Source: Hypanus sabinus
Lineage: Eukaryota
NCBI RefSeq assembly: GCF_030144855.1
Contig: NC_082715.1
Coordinates: forward strand, 76,632,001 to 76,696,000
DNA length: 64,000 nucleotides
Direction of reading: 5' to 3'
Position 1 is the stretch's first letter. Each line of letters opens with the position of its first letter. Under the pieces are notes generated by a model, which was given only the letters and a program-made list of their open reading frames with translations, was not told where the DNA came from and made no database searches. The translations under genes were made by a program, and so were the position numbers. This document shows positions 36,552 to 48,000 of this stretch, in pieces.

Positions 36552-39314
36552 TCATAAAGTATATCCAGGAAGCTTGTTGGCTACTAGTTCAGAAATGTGT
36601 CTACATTCATTAATTATTCCTGTCCTCCCCAATTCATTACTTTCATCTGTTTGAATATCCTTTGCAGTTACGCCAAGTCCACTGCAGACGAGATCAAACT
36701 CACTGGATGGTGCGTAAGAGCTCACTTGAGATGTCCCCAAAGACTGGCTCTCCTCTAGTAACCTGTGACGATTCCTTGAACTTGAAAGTTGAGGGACCTC
36801 AGGGCTAGCTCGATTGATGTCAAATCCAGAATCTGACTGAACAGTTGACTTAAGTTGTTTCTCGGTCTCTTGTTTGTTCGATGGGTTCAGTATTTTTTTT
36901 GGTTGATTTTCCTCTGTCAAGCTGGTTGCTTCTTCAGATAGATTTGAGGTTGTTGAAGACAATGTCATTCTCTGATGGTGACTATGTACAAGACTTGTAC
37001 CTTTTAAAGACTGAATTGGAGATTGCTTAGACAGTGCCGGCAGTGGGACTGAATCATCTTCTGTCTCACTTTGAGCTGCCCCCTGATTGTCACTGGAATA
37101 TTTGGAAAGGCTCAAATCCAATTCATTGTCAGAATATCTGTGCTTCACCCTAATAGTTGCAGCTTCTGTACTGCTACCTAAAGTATCTGCAAATCTATTT
37201 GTAGGTTCAGGACTGGTAAAATCTTCTGAGTTGCCAGTTGGTTCAGGGCTTGTGAAGTCCTCTGAATACTTGGATTCATCACAGCTACTGTAAGAAATCT
37301 GTGCATCAACATTTTCAACTATTATTTGATCACTAGTAAGACCAGGTTTCATATTTGCAACATCCACTGCTTCACTACAAATCTCATTCACACTGTGGTC
37401 AGAATCATGGCTGATTATTTCAGGCAGCCTGACTTTGATATATTTTTGGTAAAGGTCCCTGTCATTAGCCATCTGTAAATCTGAAATCTTCGCATTGTAA
37501 TTTAATGGGCCTGGAGGTTGAACAAGTGGCTCTCCTGTTCTAGTGGCACTTCCATGTCTCAAAGTTGCTTCAAAGCTATTGTTATCCATAAACTTTCCAT
37601 TTCTCTGGACCTTTGAAGGATGAGCAGTGTCAGGTTCACTGCTGCTTTGAATCAATGTTTCAGTGTTTTCTTTAGCTTTGTCACCAGAAAATTGTTGGCC
37701 TTTTTGAAGCGGTGAAGAACGGCCTTCCCCTTTGCCTTCACGACATTTTTGACCAATCTTCTCTTTCAGTTGTTTCAATTGTCTTTTTCTGGACAACTCT
37801 TTCTGTTCATGCACTATCAACATACCTGGATTTGTCTGTTGGAGCCTTAACCGTAATGTATTTGTTAACCCATACATCAACTTTCTTTTGGGATGTTCCA
37901 AATTTTTCTTTGCATTACATCGCCTTGGGTTATTTTCTTTATCAAAGTTTCTAGGGGATACAGGTTGCTTTTGAACTTTCTGCTGCTTAAAATGTGAATT
38001 AGATTGTTGTATTGTTGATTTGGTCGGTTCATAAAATTCCAGTGAGTCATTCTTCAAACTACTGTAAAGCCAAGCAAGCTGAGGATGAACGACGAGAGGA
38101 ATCTGCTGAGGTAACTGCTCATGATTTAGCAAAGAAAGTTCCAGTAGGAGCGCGTTCAGCAGAGGCAACTGTCTGATGGTATCAAGTGCATCAGAATTGG
38201 CAAGTTTCTTTTGAACTTGTGTTTTTAATGTACTTGTTACTTCTGAGTGACTTTTGGGCAACTTAAAATCACTTTGGCTCATGTCGAACAATTCATCACT
38301 TTCATCTGAATCCAGCTCCTCAAGAATAGCTGTCTCTTCCTCGGGCTCCATTGTTTTCCACATTTCAGAGATCTCCTCTTTGGGCCCTTCCTTTGATTGG
38401 CTGTAGTACATAGGGGGTGGACAAAATACATTGTCCATTTTGATATCCACAGTGGGTTCGAATTTCAGAACCTGTTGTTTAATCTTAGATGCTTCTTTTG
38501 CCAATGCGCTCAGCTTATGTTCTCCCTTTAAAGCAGAAATAATAATAGGCTCTTTGATCTGGTCAAACTGTCTACCTTCAACAGCCTGGTCACCAGACAT
38601 GTGGCTGAAGTGCTTTTGAGAGTCAGTCGGAATGTGTCCAGTGCCTTGATCTGCCACCTTCTCTTTCTCCCCTTGTTCTGGCACCTGTCCTTCACTGGGC
38701 AGGTGTTCAAAGTTCGTGTTTCGCATTTCAGCTTTCAGGACCTGGTTTTCTGGAACATGCGGCAGCAAACCAACTCCCAAACTCATAAGTCTATATCCTG
38801 CCGATATCTGGCCAATCTTTACACCCATCAGGTTATAAAGAGGGTACAGGCCCCTCTTCCCTTGCATGGATGGCGTTGTAATGCCACATTCTTCTACATC
38901 CAATCTGATTTTCTCCACGGCACTCGCCATCGAGATCAGGCAACTTCCCAACAACTTGGGTACTCGCTGTGACACGTCTAGTAGCATGGCGTACAGAGGG
39001 GTGTTGGTCAGATAGCGGTGAAGGGTTGACATCCCCATCTTGAACAGGCAGGACTTGCCTTTATTGAAAGTGATGCCAGTGCGGGCCCCCGTTCGCACGG
39101 GTCCCGGTCTCTCCTGCCCACGCTCCCAGCTCCGCCGCAGGGTTTCTGCTCGTTGCGGCTCGGTCTGATGGACCAAGAGGGTGGGGAAGTCCAGCAGCCT
39201 GAAGGCCACCGCCAGCAAAGGGCTGGGCTTAGCTTGGGTTTCAGGTCCAACGTTCACGTATTCCACTAACAGTTCCAAGGAGAACAGCGTCTCCACTTTG
39301 GCGGCTGTATCCAT
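36552..39314 (-). CDS. MAP10: Microtubule-associated protein 10 (KIAA1383/MTR120), single coding exon, 920 aa
   Basis: Uninterrupted ORF with a strong Kozak context (accaccATGG). N-terminal ETLFSLELLVEYV...AVAFRLLDFPTLLV...FNKGKSCLF (DUF4497-type), QLPLLNALLLELSLL...HPQLAWLY (HPHLAWLY domain), L.YGLTNTLRLRL, and a C-terminal ISELVANKLPGYTL. Adjacent to NTPCR. Confidence 0.96.
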   Translation of the reverse strand: MDTAAKVETLFSLELLVEYVNVGPETQAKPSPLLAVAFRLLDFPTLLVHQTEPQRAETLRRSWERGQERPGPVRTGARTGITFNKGKSCLFKMGMSTLHRYLTNTPLYAMLLDVSQRVPKLLGSCLISMASAVEKIRLDVEECGITTPSMQGKRGLYPLYNLMGVKIGQISAGYRLMSLGVGLLPHVPENQVLKAEMRNTNFEHLPSEGQVPEQGEKEKVADQGTGHIPTDSQKHFSHMSGDQAVEGRQFDQIKEPIIISALKGEHKLSALAKEASKIKQQVLKFEPTVDIKMDNVFCPPPMYYSQSKEGPKEEISEMWKTMEPEEETAILEELDSDESDELFDMSQSDFKLPKSHSEVTSTLKTQVQKKLANSDALDTIRQLPLLNALLLELSLLNHEQLPQQIPLVVHPQLAWLYSSLKNDSLEFYEPTKSTIQQSNSHFKQQKVQKQPVSPRNFDKENNPRRCNAKKNLEHPKRKLMYGLTNTLRLRLQQTNPGMLIVHEQKELSRKRQLKQLKEKIGQKCREGKGEGRSSPLQKGQQFSGDKAKENTETLIQSSSEPDTAHPSKVQRNGKFMDNNSFEATLRHGSATRTGEPLVQPPGPLNYNAKISDLQMANDRDLYQKYIKVRLPEIISHDSDHSVNEICSEAVDVANMKPGLTSDQIIVENVDAQISYSSCDESKYSEDFTSPEPTGNSEDFTSPEPTNRFADTLGSSTEAATIRVKHRYSDNELDLSLSKYSSDNQGAAQSETEDDSVPLPALSKQSPIQSLKGTSLVHSHHQRMTLSSTTSNLSEEATSLTEENQPKKILNPSNKQETEKQLKSTVQSDSGFDINRASPEVPQLSSSRNRHRLLEESQSLGTSQVSSYAPSSEFDLVCSGLGVTAKDIQTDESNELGRTGIINECRHISELVANKLPGYTL

Positions 39315-39900
39315 GGTGGTTGCTTTGTCCCTGGTGACACCGGCGTTGGCAGATCCGGTCCCTACAAACGGATTACATCGGAAACCTTGGCAACACCGTC
39401 CTACAAATAAACGCGGTACTTTGAGCGCAATGAAGTCTGGGGGCTGTAGTCCTTTTACTCAGTCACCTTCATCGCACTCATGACTCCAACTCCCATCCTG
39501 CCTCTGGACTTCATCTTGTCCATTTGAGCAAAAGGAGCGGGACGCAGACATTTGACCAAGAGAAAACCGTGGGCGGTGTCTCGTTACAGACATTTAGAAC
39601 AGACCAATGCTGTGAAGGGCAGAGCTAGCGGTTGACCAATGGGAGAACACCAATGCCAAAGGACAGCGAATAGAAAAATGGAATAGGGACTGAAGGCAGC
39701 CAATGGGGAAGAGGGCAGGGCTAACGGTGGCCAATGGATGGAGAGCAGGACCATATTTCATCCAATCGAAGAAGAGTGAGGGGCCCAGAGCAGCCAATGG
39801 GAGGAAGGAAGAGCCGGCGGGCGAGGGGGTGGAACATTGGTCGCCAGGTTGTGTTGAGGTGCGGGAGAATGTGAAAAGTTTCCTGCCTGCTGGCCGCAAG
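39315..39900. promoter_or_regulatory. CpG-rich, probably bidirectional promoter with a phased CCAAT array
   Basis: CCAAT at 39604, 39636, 39650, 39700, 39731, 39762 and 39794, and ATTGG at 39836. GC box at 39571. ZNF143/ACTACA-like motifs at 39434-39452 (-) and 39482-39502 (+). X-box-like site at 39381-39394. Confidence 0.8.
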
Positions 39901-40011
39901 AGGTGGTGCTGCGAGCGGTAGCGGGATCTTAGATTCACCGTCTGTCCCATGGTGTGGATTGTGCAGAAGGTCTCCTCGCGTGCACGAGCGGCTCGGCCCC
40001 GCGGCTGTCAG
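39880..40011 (+). other. Putative non-coding first exon of a divergent transcript, by synteny probably SIPA1L2 (start approximate)
   Basis: GC/CpG-rich segment ending CAG|GTAAGA (donor at 40012), just downstream of plus-oriented CCAAT boxes. No coding exon was recognised downstream within the window. Confidence 0.55.
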
Positions 40012-42554
40012 GTAAGAGAGGCGGTGGTAGCAGAGGGGGAGTGAGGAGCTGTGGGCTTGTTGACAAGTTGAAGGTCGTAGAGTCGGTGCTGGGTCTCAGG
40101 CTCTCCGTTACCCAAGTGTACACTGGCAGAGCGTTGGAAGTGTTCCCTGCTTCACGCCATCCTGTCCTCCGACACAACCCCCCGGCCCATCTTCAGCCCA
40201 AACTAACCACCGCCCACTCCCGAAAAATGCCCTCTCTTTCAAACCTTTCACCTCCCTTCTCCCAAATATCTGCTGAAATACCTCTGAACATATTCGTACA
40301 TCTCAGCTGCGCCTCCCATTCTTTAGTTGCCTCCCTGGCAAGGGATGAGACTTTTCTCTCTTTCCCCGAACCGTTCACCAATGCAGCCCCCATCTGAAAA
40401 ATGCTTTCCTTTCTTCACACCCCCTCATCTCCCGGGTCTGAGATAAAATTCCTAGCAATTATGTCTAATCCTTCTCGCCCCAAAAAATTGTTCAGATTCC
40501 GCCTCCCACCCCCATCTCCTCTCAAAAGGCAGTTCGCACCCTCCCCCACTGCAAAAATATCATTAGCAGATCAGCCTCCCCCTCTTCCCTCAAGGCAGGA
40601 TAACAACCCGTCGTCTTGCGGGTGGTTGTGTTCTTGGTGAAGCCGAATAGGCTGAATGTTGCGATCGCGGGACCTTTTCGTGAAGCCGGCAGGCTTTGGG
40701 GTCAGGTGTTACTCTCGGTTCCGCAAGCGGACCGCAGCCGGCCAATTATGTTGTGCGTAAAATACTCCTCCTTTCGGCTCTAAATTAAATTAAACTGGGA
40801 ATGAACAAAAGGGTTTGTGCCCCGTCCTCTGAATCCAGACGATTCGCGCTCCCCTCAATTACCTTCAGACTTCAGGATCTCAAGAATTAAAATCAAGCAT
40901 ATCATCGATTGTGTATGTGCAATAATATATTTAATTCGATGCCTTTGTTCACGGCGCGTGTACTACGGAGTTCCACTGAGAACCTAATTGCGCGTCCCTG
41001 TTTCTCTGGAAGTTGTAGCCATCGGTTGATTTGTTGTGAATTGGTTTTGTTGGTTTCTTTTCTGTCTTCTAACTTTATCCGCTAGATGGCTTTGGCTTTG
41101 GATGGCAGTGGTCAGGATTTTGGGTTCACTTTGTACGGAAACACTTCCTACATACTGGATTTATTTGGTCTAAGCTGTTTACACTTTTTTGAAGAATTTT
41201 AATATTTTGCTTACATGTGTAAATCTACAATGAAGCAATAACCATATTCTGAAAGTTAGACGGTTAGTTTCAATTATAAATGTTTTTGCAACTGTAAGAG
41301 ACGGGAAAGAACAAAACGAACGTTGCAGTGTATTTCGTGTTGATCAATACCCTGATCAAGTTTACCAGCTGTTTCGGTGAAAATATTGATATCATATATC
41401 ATCTTCACTGTTGTTTACTAGGATATATCAGTCTCCACAGCTAACTCATTGTAATGTCTGGGACGAAAATATCCTCTTCCAGCTCGAAATTATAACGCTG
41501 TAACTGACTAAGAACAATGTAGTCGATTATTTTGGTTGTTCATTTACAATTTACACAAACAATAGCTCTGGAGAAACATTTAAAAAAATCTAAGAGTACA
41601 ATGTGCCTGATTTCTGAGATGTATGATTTCGAAAATAGTGTTTGGCTCTTTCATTCTATGCAGTTACTACTGGCAGTGTTTGTCATGGTAACATTACAGA
41701 AGGTTTTTGCCTTTATAGAAGGGTATTGGTTAATAACCTTGTTTCTTGTGATTGATCACCTATTGGGATCCTGTGTAATAAATTAGTAGGCATGGATTAT
41801 GAGTTGAATATAAAAACTATTTCAGTGCTTTAGGTACAGTTTACCATCTGTATATATGATATTTTGCATTGTGCAAAAATTATTCTAGATAGAAACAAAT
41901 TACTTTGTAATATTGTAATAAGGTTTTGTCTACTTTGGGGCGAGTACATTTAACAAATTGCATTGCTGGAACCAGAATATTTGACTCAATTTGTGTATAT
42001 GTAGCATAAAGGTAAATGGTCAGTCTCTGGAAGACGATGTAAATTGTTGATTACTGACATTTTTGAATGTGCTAAATAAAAAGACACTCACATATCAAAA
42101 CTGTACTTGCATTAAAGAAAAAAACATTCATGTGACCTTGTTATTGTCTGGTAAAGCTGGTCTTACTGTGTGACGCTTCCTTATTTTAATACAACAGCTG
42201 TTGAAAAATTATTTCAAAGTGCTGAAGGCGAAAAGGTTATCCTTGATGTTCTGCTGGCCTAAATAAGCTCAGTCTTTGGATTTAGAAGTTGTCAGGGCAA
42301 CGGTTGGTTATCTCCAGTCTTCAATTGCTTCCATTCATTGAGTGTCTTGCTCAATAGCAGAGTTGCCAAAGATGAGATCTGACGATGGCTGTGTAAATGT
42401 GCCCTGTGACTAAAAGAAATTCTTTAATCTGGTAGTATTGAAAAGTGATCTCAATTTTGCTTTATTTGAGTAAAATGTTTCAATTTTTTAAAATGGCTAA
42501 AATTGTTCATTCAACCCTGGGTACAGTAGAAAGTTTCTCCAGGCTTGGATTGTT

Positions 42555-43000
42555 CAAAATAAGTTTATTATCAAAGTATGTACCCTTAGATTGATTTTCT
42601 TGTGAGTATTCTCAGTAGATACAAAGAAATACAATGGATTTAATTTAAAAAAATGGACAAACAACTAATGAGCAAAAGAAGATAAACTGTGCAAATAAAA
42701 TAATAATAAATAACATTGTGAACATGAGTTGTGGAGTCTTTGAAAGATTCAATGTCAAGGTGAGTGAAGTTATTCATGCTCCTTGCAAGGTAATAACTGT
42801 TCCTGAACCTGGTTTGTGGGACTAAGGCTCTGTACTTGCTTTCCACTAGCAGCAGCAAGAAGAGAGCATGGCCTGGAATGTGGAGGTCTTTGATGAGGGA
42901 TGCTGCTTTCTTGTGACAGTGTTCCTTATTGAATGATGAAGTGGGAGGAGGGATTTTTCTGTGATGGACTGGACGATATCCACTACTTTTTGTAGATGGT
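42555..43000 (-). mobile_element. Rex1-like LINE 3' end
   Basis: HKKAASLIKDLHIPGHALFLLL...SKYR and a tactttgataataaac tail. Confidence 0.7.
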
Positions 43001-45049
43001 ATCGCACTACTTAATTTTCTCCTGAATATCATGGGGCACTGAGCTTGTAACTGAATGAAACCTGTGATCTGATGGAACTAATTGTATGCTGTGTATCAGA
43101 GCAAACCGAACAGACTGTTGCCACCAAGTCTAAACAATTATAGAAGTACATCAAAGAAAGAATGAGTATAACCTGTCGTCTTAAGTGCAGGGTAGTAAAT
43201 CATTGTAGAGTGCTGCAACTTAAACTATAATTTTTAGTCATTGAGTAAGTCAGAGAGGGTGATTGACAATGCAGCAATGCAGATCCAAATTATGAAAAGC
43301 TGCTAGTTACTGAAATGAGTATTTTTGAAAATTGCAGATAATGAATAAATAATGTAACAAGCTTTTTAATTGTCTAAAACTAGATAAACACAACTGCAGT
43401 TTGGCTTATGAAGTGGATAGACTGTGTTTCTTTGGAAGTCAGCTCCTTCGTTTTTAAATAAATTGAGTCATTTTGATCATTTCTATGATCAAAAACAGTA
43501 TCATGTGCATAAAAGTGCACATTTGGAGTTTTTTTAATGTTCTTGTCTGAATCTGACCTAATAAATTTTTAAAAATTATTTTCTTTTTATAGATGTGAGG
43601 ATAATTATCTTAAAAGAAAAATGTAGTTCTCAAGTATTTAGTTAAAATGAAAGAGTGAAAATGTAAACTAACATCAGTATCAATTAAATCGAAGAACCAG
43701 ATTTTGGTCAAGTTGGGGTATTTCAAAAAACATTCAAATGCAGCTGCCTTGAATATGAAATTTGTTTTCTTCCCTCCCTGCCCCCACCTAATTCATAAGC
43801 TTTAATAATTATTATATATATTCAACTGTTGTATCTGATTCTAATTACGTAACTAAATTGTTCTTTCCTATAAACTTGGTGTGCATCTTTCTGAAATTAT
43901 TCTGATGTAATCACTTATTCCCAAATGCACTTGTTTTGAGATCAAAAATCTTGTGTGGTAATAATACAGAGCTTGGAAGGAGGGTTTTTCATTTATGTGG
44001 CGGCTCAAATGTATGGTAGCTTCCCGAAACACTGAAAATAGACCTAATGCATATCTTTTATTTTTTTAAAAACTATAAACAAAAGTTTTAAGTGTTATTA
44101 CTGAAACTTATTGAAGGATATACATTTCCTATCCTAAATGTTTGACATTTATCATAAATTAGAATAATCCTTCCAAACCTCTAACTCATAGATCTGGTTT
44201 AAAAAAAAGTTTTTGGTGTTTTGGTTAAAGACCTTTATTTGGTGAGAGGAACAATGTGACATTGTACTTTTTAAAAAGTCGAACTCTGTTTGAATCTTGT
44301 TCCCTCGTTTCATTCCTAATTACCTTCAGAACATTTAAATAACTCTATCTATGCCTGCTAATGATCTTAAGCCTCTGGGATAATCATTGAAGCAGAGGCA
44401 TCATTCTGCTGGTTGTGAGACCAGTTGTTGATGGATTGTGTAAACCATTTAAAAAAAACTTGTACGTGAGGTCATCCCTATTCAGGTTTCAATGCAGTTG
44501 CAGTGTGCTCATTGTGCTAATTTTATGCTGATGAGTTAATCATTAGGAGGGAGCTGAGCTTTTCCCAAGTGGGAACCAGCAGTCATTATGATACCTTCAA
44601 TATTTTTTGGCTGGTATGTTAAATGTTTCTTGAATGGGGGTAGGAATTTTGGAGAAGTTGCAGATGGTTTGGTCATGGCTCTTACTCCACCAATCCGAGA
44701 AGGCATTTGTATGCCGCTGCTTATCCTGGAACACTGTTAGAATTTGCAGTTAATTAGCTGAATCAGGGTTTCATGTTGAAACGTGTCATGGGCAGATTGG
44801 AATAAAATGGTCCACTACATTATACTTGCACATGTACACGTTTACATTCACTAGTGATGATTAGAGAAAAGTATTTGGGATGGGGGGCAGTGGGGAGTAG
44901 ATGGAGGAAGGCATGGTGGGGAAAACTTGAACAGAAGAGATTCTGCAGATGCTGGAAATATTGAGCAACGCACAGCAAATGCTGAAGGCGCACAGCAAGT
45001 CAAGCAGCATCTGTGGGGGGAATAAACAGTTGACTCAGACTTTCAAGGT

Positions 45050-48000
45050 ATTGTTAAGGAAAAGGGGACTTTTCTTATTGAGAGGAGGGGACAAAAAGTA
45101 GCAGTGAGTCACTACAGCGAAAAAGAGTTTTGACCAACAGCCAATCTGGACATCTGAGATTTTGAGAAGAGGCAGACTTCAATTAGGTCCACTGCCCCAA
45201 TACAAAAGGCAGCAGCGGGTCGCTACAGTAAAAAAGAGCTTAGGCCAGTGACCATTTGGTGTCTGGGATTGATTAGCAAGAATAAGTTGATGGCAGATGG
45301 GGCAAGCACAGCAGCTGTCCTCTGAGTGGACAGAGTCAAGAGTGGTGATCTTGAGGCTTAAGCTCTTTGAGGCTTCAATGAAGCGAGGCATCACGCAGAG
45401 AAAGCAAAGGAAAGAAAAGCTCAAGGTTAATTTTTTTCCTTCCCATCTTTATATCTGGGGTGTTGGAAGGCAGGGAGACCTCCAGTGTCCCTGATGACTA
45501 CAACTGCATTCAGCTGCAAATTGCATTAAGGAATTGGAGCTGGAACTGGATGAACTCTGGATCATTTAGGAGGCTGAGGGGGTGACAGATAGAGCATGTA
45601 GAGAGGTAGTAACACCCAAGGTGCAGGACACAGGAAACTGGGTGACAGTCAGGAAAGGAAAAGGGTTTATGAAATCAGGGCAGAATACCCTTGTGGCCGT
45701 CCCCCTCAATAGGTATATTATTTTGGATACCGTTGGGGGAGATGACTTAACAGAGGAAAATCACAGTGGTCAGGTCTCTGGCACTGAGTCTGCTTCTGAC
45801 TCAGAAGGGAAGTGAGGAGAAGAGACACACTGGTGATAGGGGATTTGTTAATTAGTGGAACAGACAGGAGGTTCTGTGCTTGAGAATGACAATCCTGAAT
45901 GGTATTTTACCTCAATGTGCTAGTGGCTAATAAGGCCAGAACTAGGAAGATTATACATTTTAATCTGGAGCTAAAGAATTGGTGTAGGAGGGAGGGCATA
46001 AGATTTTTGGATCATTGGGCTCTCTTCCAGGGAAGAGAGATTCTGTACAGAAGGGATGGCTTGCACCTGAACTGGAGGGATTATATCCTAGCAGGAAGGT
46101 GGGATTGGTAATATCCAGTGGGTGCTGGATTTCAGGAGGGGATCTTTCTAGAGTGCCCATGAGATTGCCTTTTCAAGTCAAGTCAACTTTTATTGTCATT
46201 TTGACCATGACTGGTACAGTGCATAGTAAAAATGAGACAATGTTTTTCAGGACCATGGTTTACATGACACAGTACAATAAAACTAGACTGAACTACGTAA
46301 TAAAAAAAAAACACAGAGAAAGCTGTACTAGACTACAGACCTACACAGGACTGCATAAAGTGCCCAAAAACAGTGCAGGCATTACAATAAATAATAAACA
46401 GGACAGTAGGGCAAGGTGTCAGTCCAGGCTTTGGGTATTGAGGAGTCTGATAGCTTGGGGGAAGAAACTGTTATATAGTCTGGTTGTGAGCCCGACTGCT
46501 TCGGAGCTTTTTCCCAGACGGCAGGAGGGGGAAGAGATTGTATGAGAGGTGCATGGGGTCCTTCATAATGCTGTTTCCTTTTCGGATGCAGCGTGTAGTG
46601 TAAATGTCTGTGATGGCAGGAAGAGAGACCCTGATAATCTTCTCAGCTGACCTCACTATCCACTGCAGGGTCTTGCGATCCAAGATGGTACAGTTTCCAA
46701 ACCAGGCAGTGATGCAGCTGCTCAGGATGCTCTCAATACAACCCCTGTAGAATGTGATGGAGATGGAGGGTGGGAGATGAGCTTTCCTCAGTCTTCGCAA
46801 AAAGTAGAGATGCTGCTGGGCTTTCTTTGCTATGGAGCTGGTGTTGAGGGACCAGGTGAGATTCTCCATCAGGTGAACACCAAGAAATTTGGTGCTCTTT
46901 ACGATCTCCACCGAGGAGTCGTCGATGTTCAGCGGGGAGTGGTCACTCTGTGCCCTCCTGAAGTCAACAGCCATCTCTTTTGTTTTGTTCACATTAAGAG
47001 ACAGATTGTTGGCTCTGCACCAGTCCGTTAGCCTCTGCACCTCCTCTCTGTAAGCTGACTCGTCATTCTTGCTAATGAGACCCACCACGGTCATGTCATC
47101 GGTGAACTTGATGAAATGGTTCGAGCTGTGTGTTGCAGTACAGTCGTGGGTCAGCAGAGTGAACAGCAGTGGACTGAGCACGCAACCCTGGGGGAGCCCC
47201 CGTGCTCAGTATGATGGTGTTGGAGATGCTGCTCTCGATCCGGACTGACTGAGGTCTCCCAGTCAGGAAGTCTAGGATCCAGTTGCAGAGGGAGGTGTTA
47301 GGCCCAGTAGGCTCAGCTTTCCAATCAGTTTCTGAGGGACGCTTGTGTTGAATGCTGAACTGAAGTCTATGAACAGCATCCGAACGTATGTGTCTTTTAG
47401 AACAGCTTGTGGTTGAGCCCACTTGAGGACAAGCTATTCTGCATTGGGTGTTGAGTAATGAACCAGAATTGATTAGAGAACTTCAGGTAAAAGAACCCTT
47501 TGGGGGCAAAAGATTAGAGTATGATCAAATTGACCTTGAAATTTGAGAAGGAGCAGGTAAAGTCAGATGTATCAGTATGACAGTGGAGTAATGGGAATTG
47601 CAGAGGCATGAAAGAGGAGATGGCCATAATTGATAGGGAAAAAACATTGCCAGGTATGATGGTGGAGCAGCAGTGGCTGGAATTTCTAGAAGCAATTTGG
47701 AAGGCACAGGATATATGCACCCCAAAGAGGAGGAAGTATTTAAAGGAAAAATGATACAATTGTAGCTAACAATGAGGTCTCCGGGTACTTGGAGGTGTAT
47801 GATAAAACAGGCTGTAATCAGCATCATTTCCTCATGGGAAAAACTTACCTGACCAATCTGTTGGAATTCTTTGGAAAAATATCAAGCAGGATAGATAAGA
47901 GAATCTATTGATGTTGTGTACTTGGATTTTCAGAAGTATTTTGAAAAGTTGCCACACGTGAGGATGCTTATCAAGCTACAAGCCCATAGTACTACAAGAA

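Noticed and set aside
37087-39250. Short ORFs overlapping MAP10 on either strand
   Set aside because: Shadow frames of the real CDS with no independent support.
36552-39314. MAP10 as a processed pseudogene because it lacks introns
   Set aside because: The ORF is intact with a Kozak context, a promoter and syntenic position, and MAP10 has a single coding exon in mammals too.
39594-40640. Several 66-147 aa ORFs around the MAP10 promoter
   Set aside because: No recognisable domains, and the 147-aa frame runs through a strong splice donor. GC content explains them.
43555-43700. Strong-looking acceptor (ctaat...ttttctttttatag at 43592) as a second UTR exon
   Set aside because: No convincing downstream donor or coding signal, and such tracts are common in AT-rich DNA. 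It needs RNA-seq.
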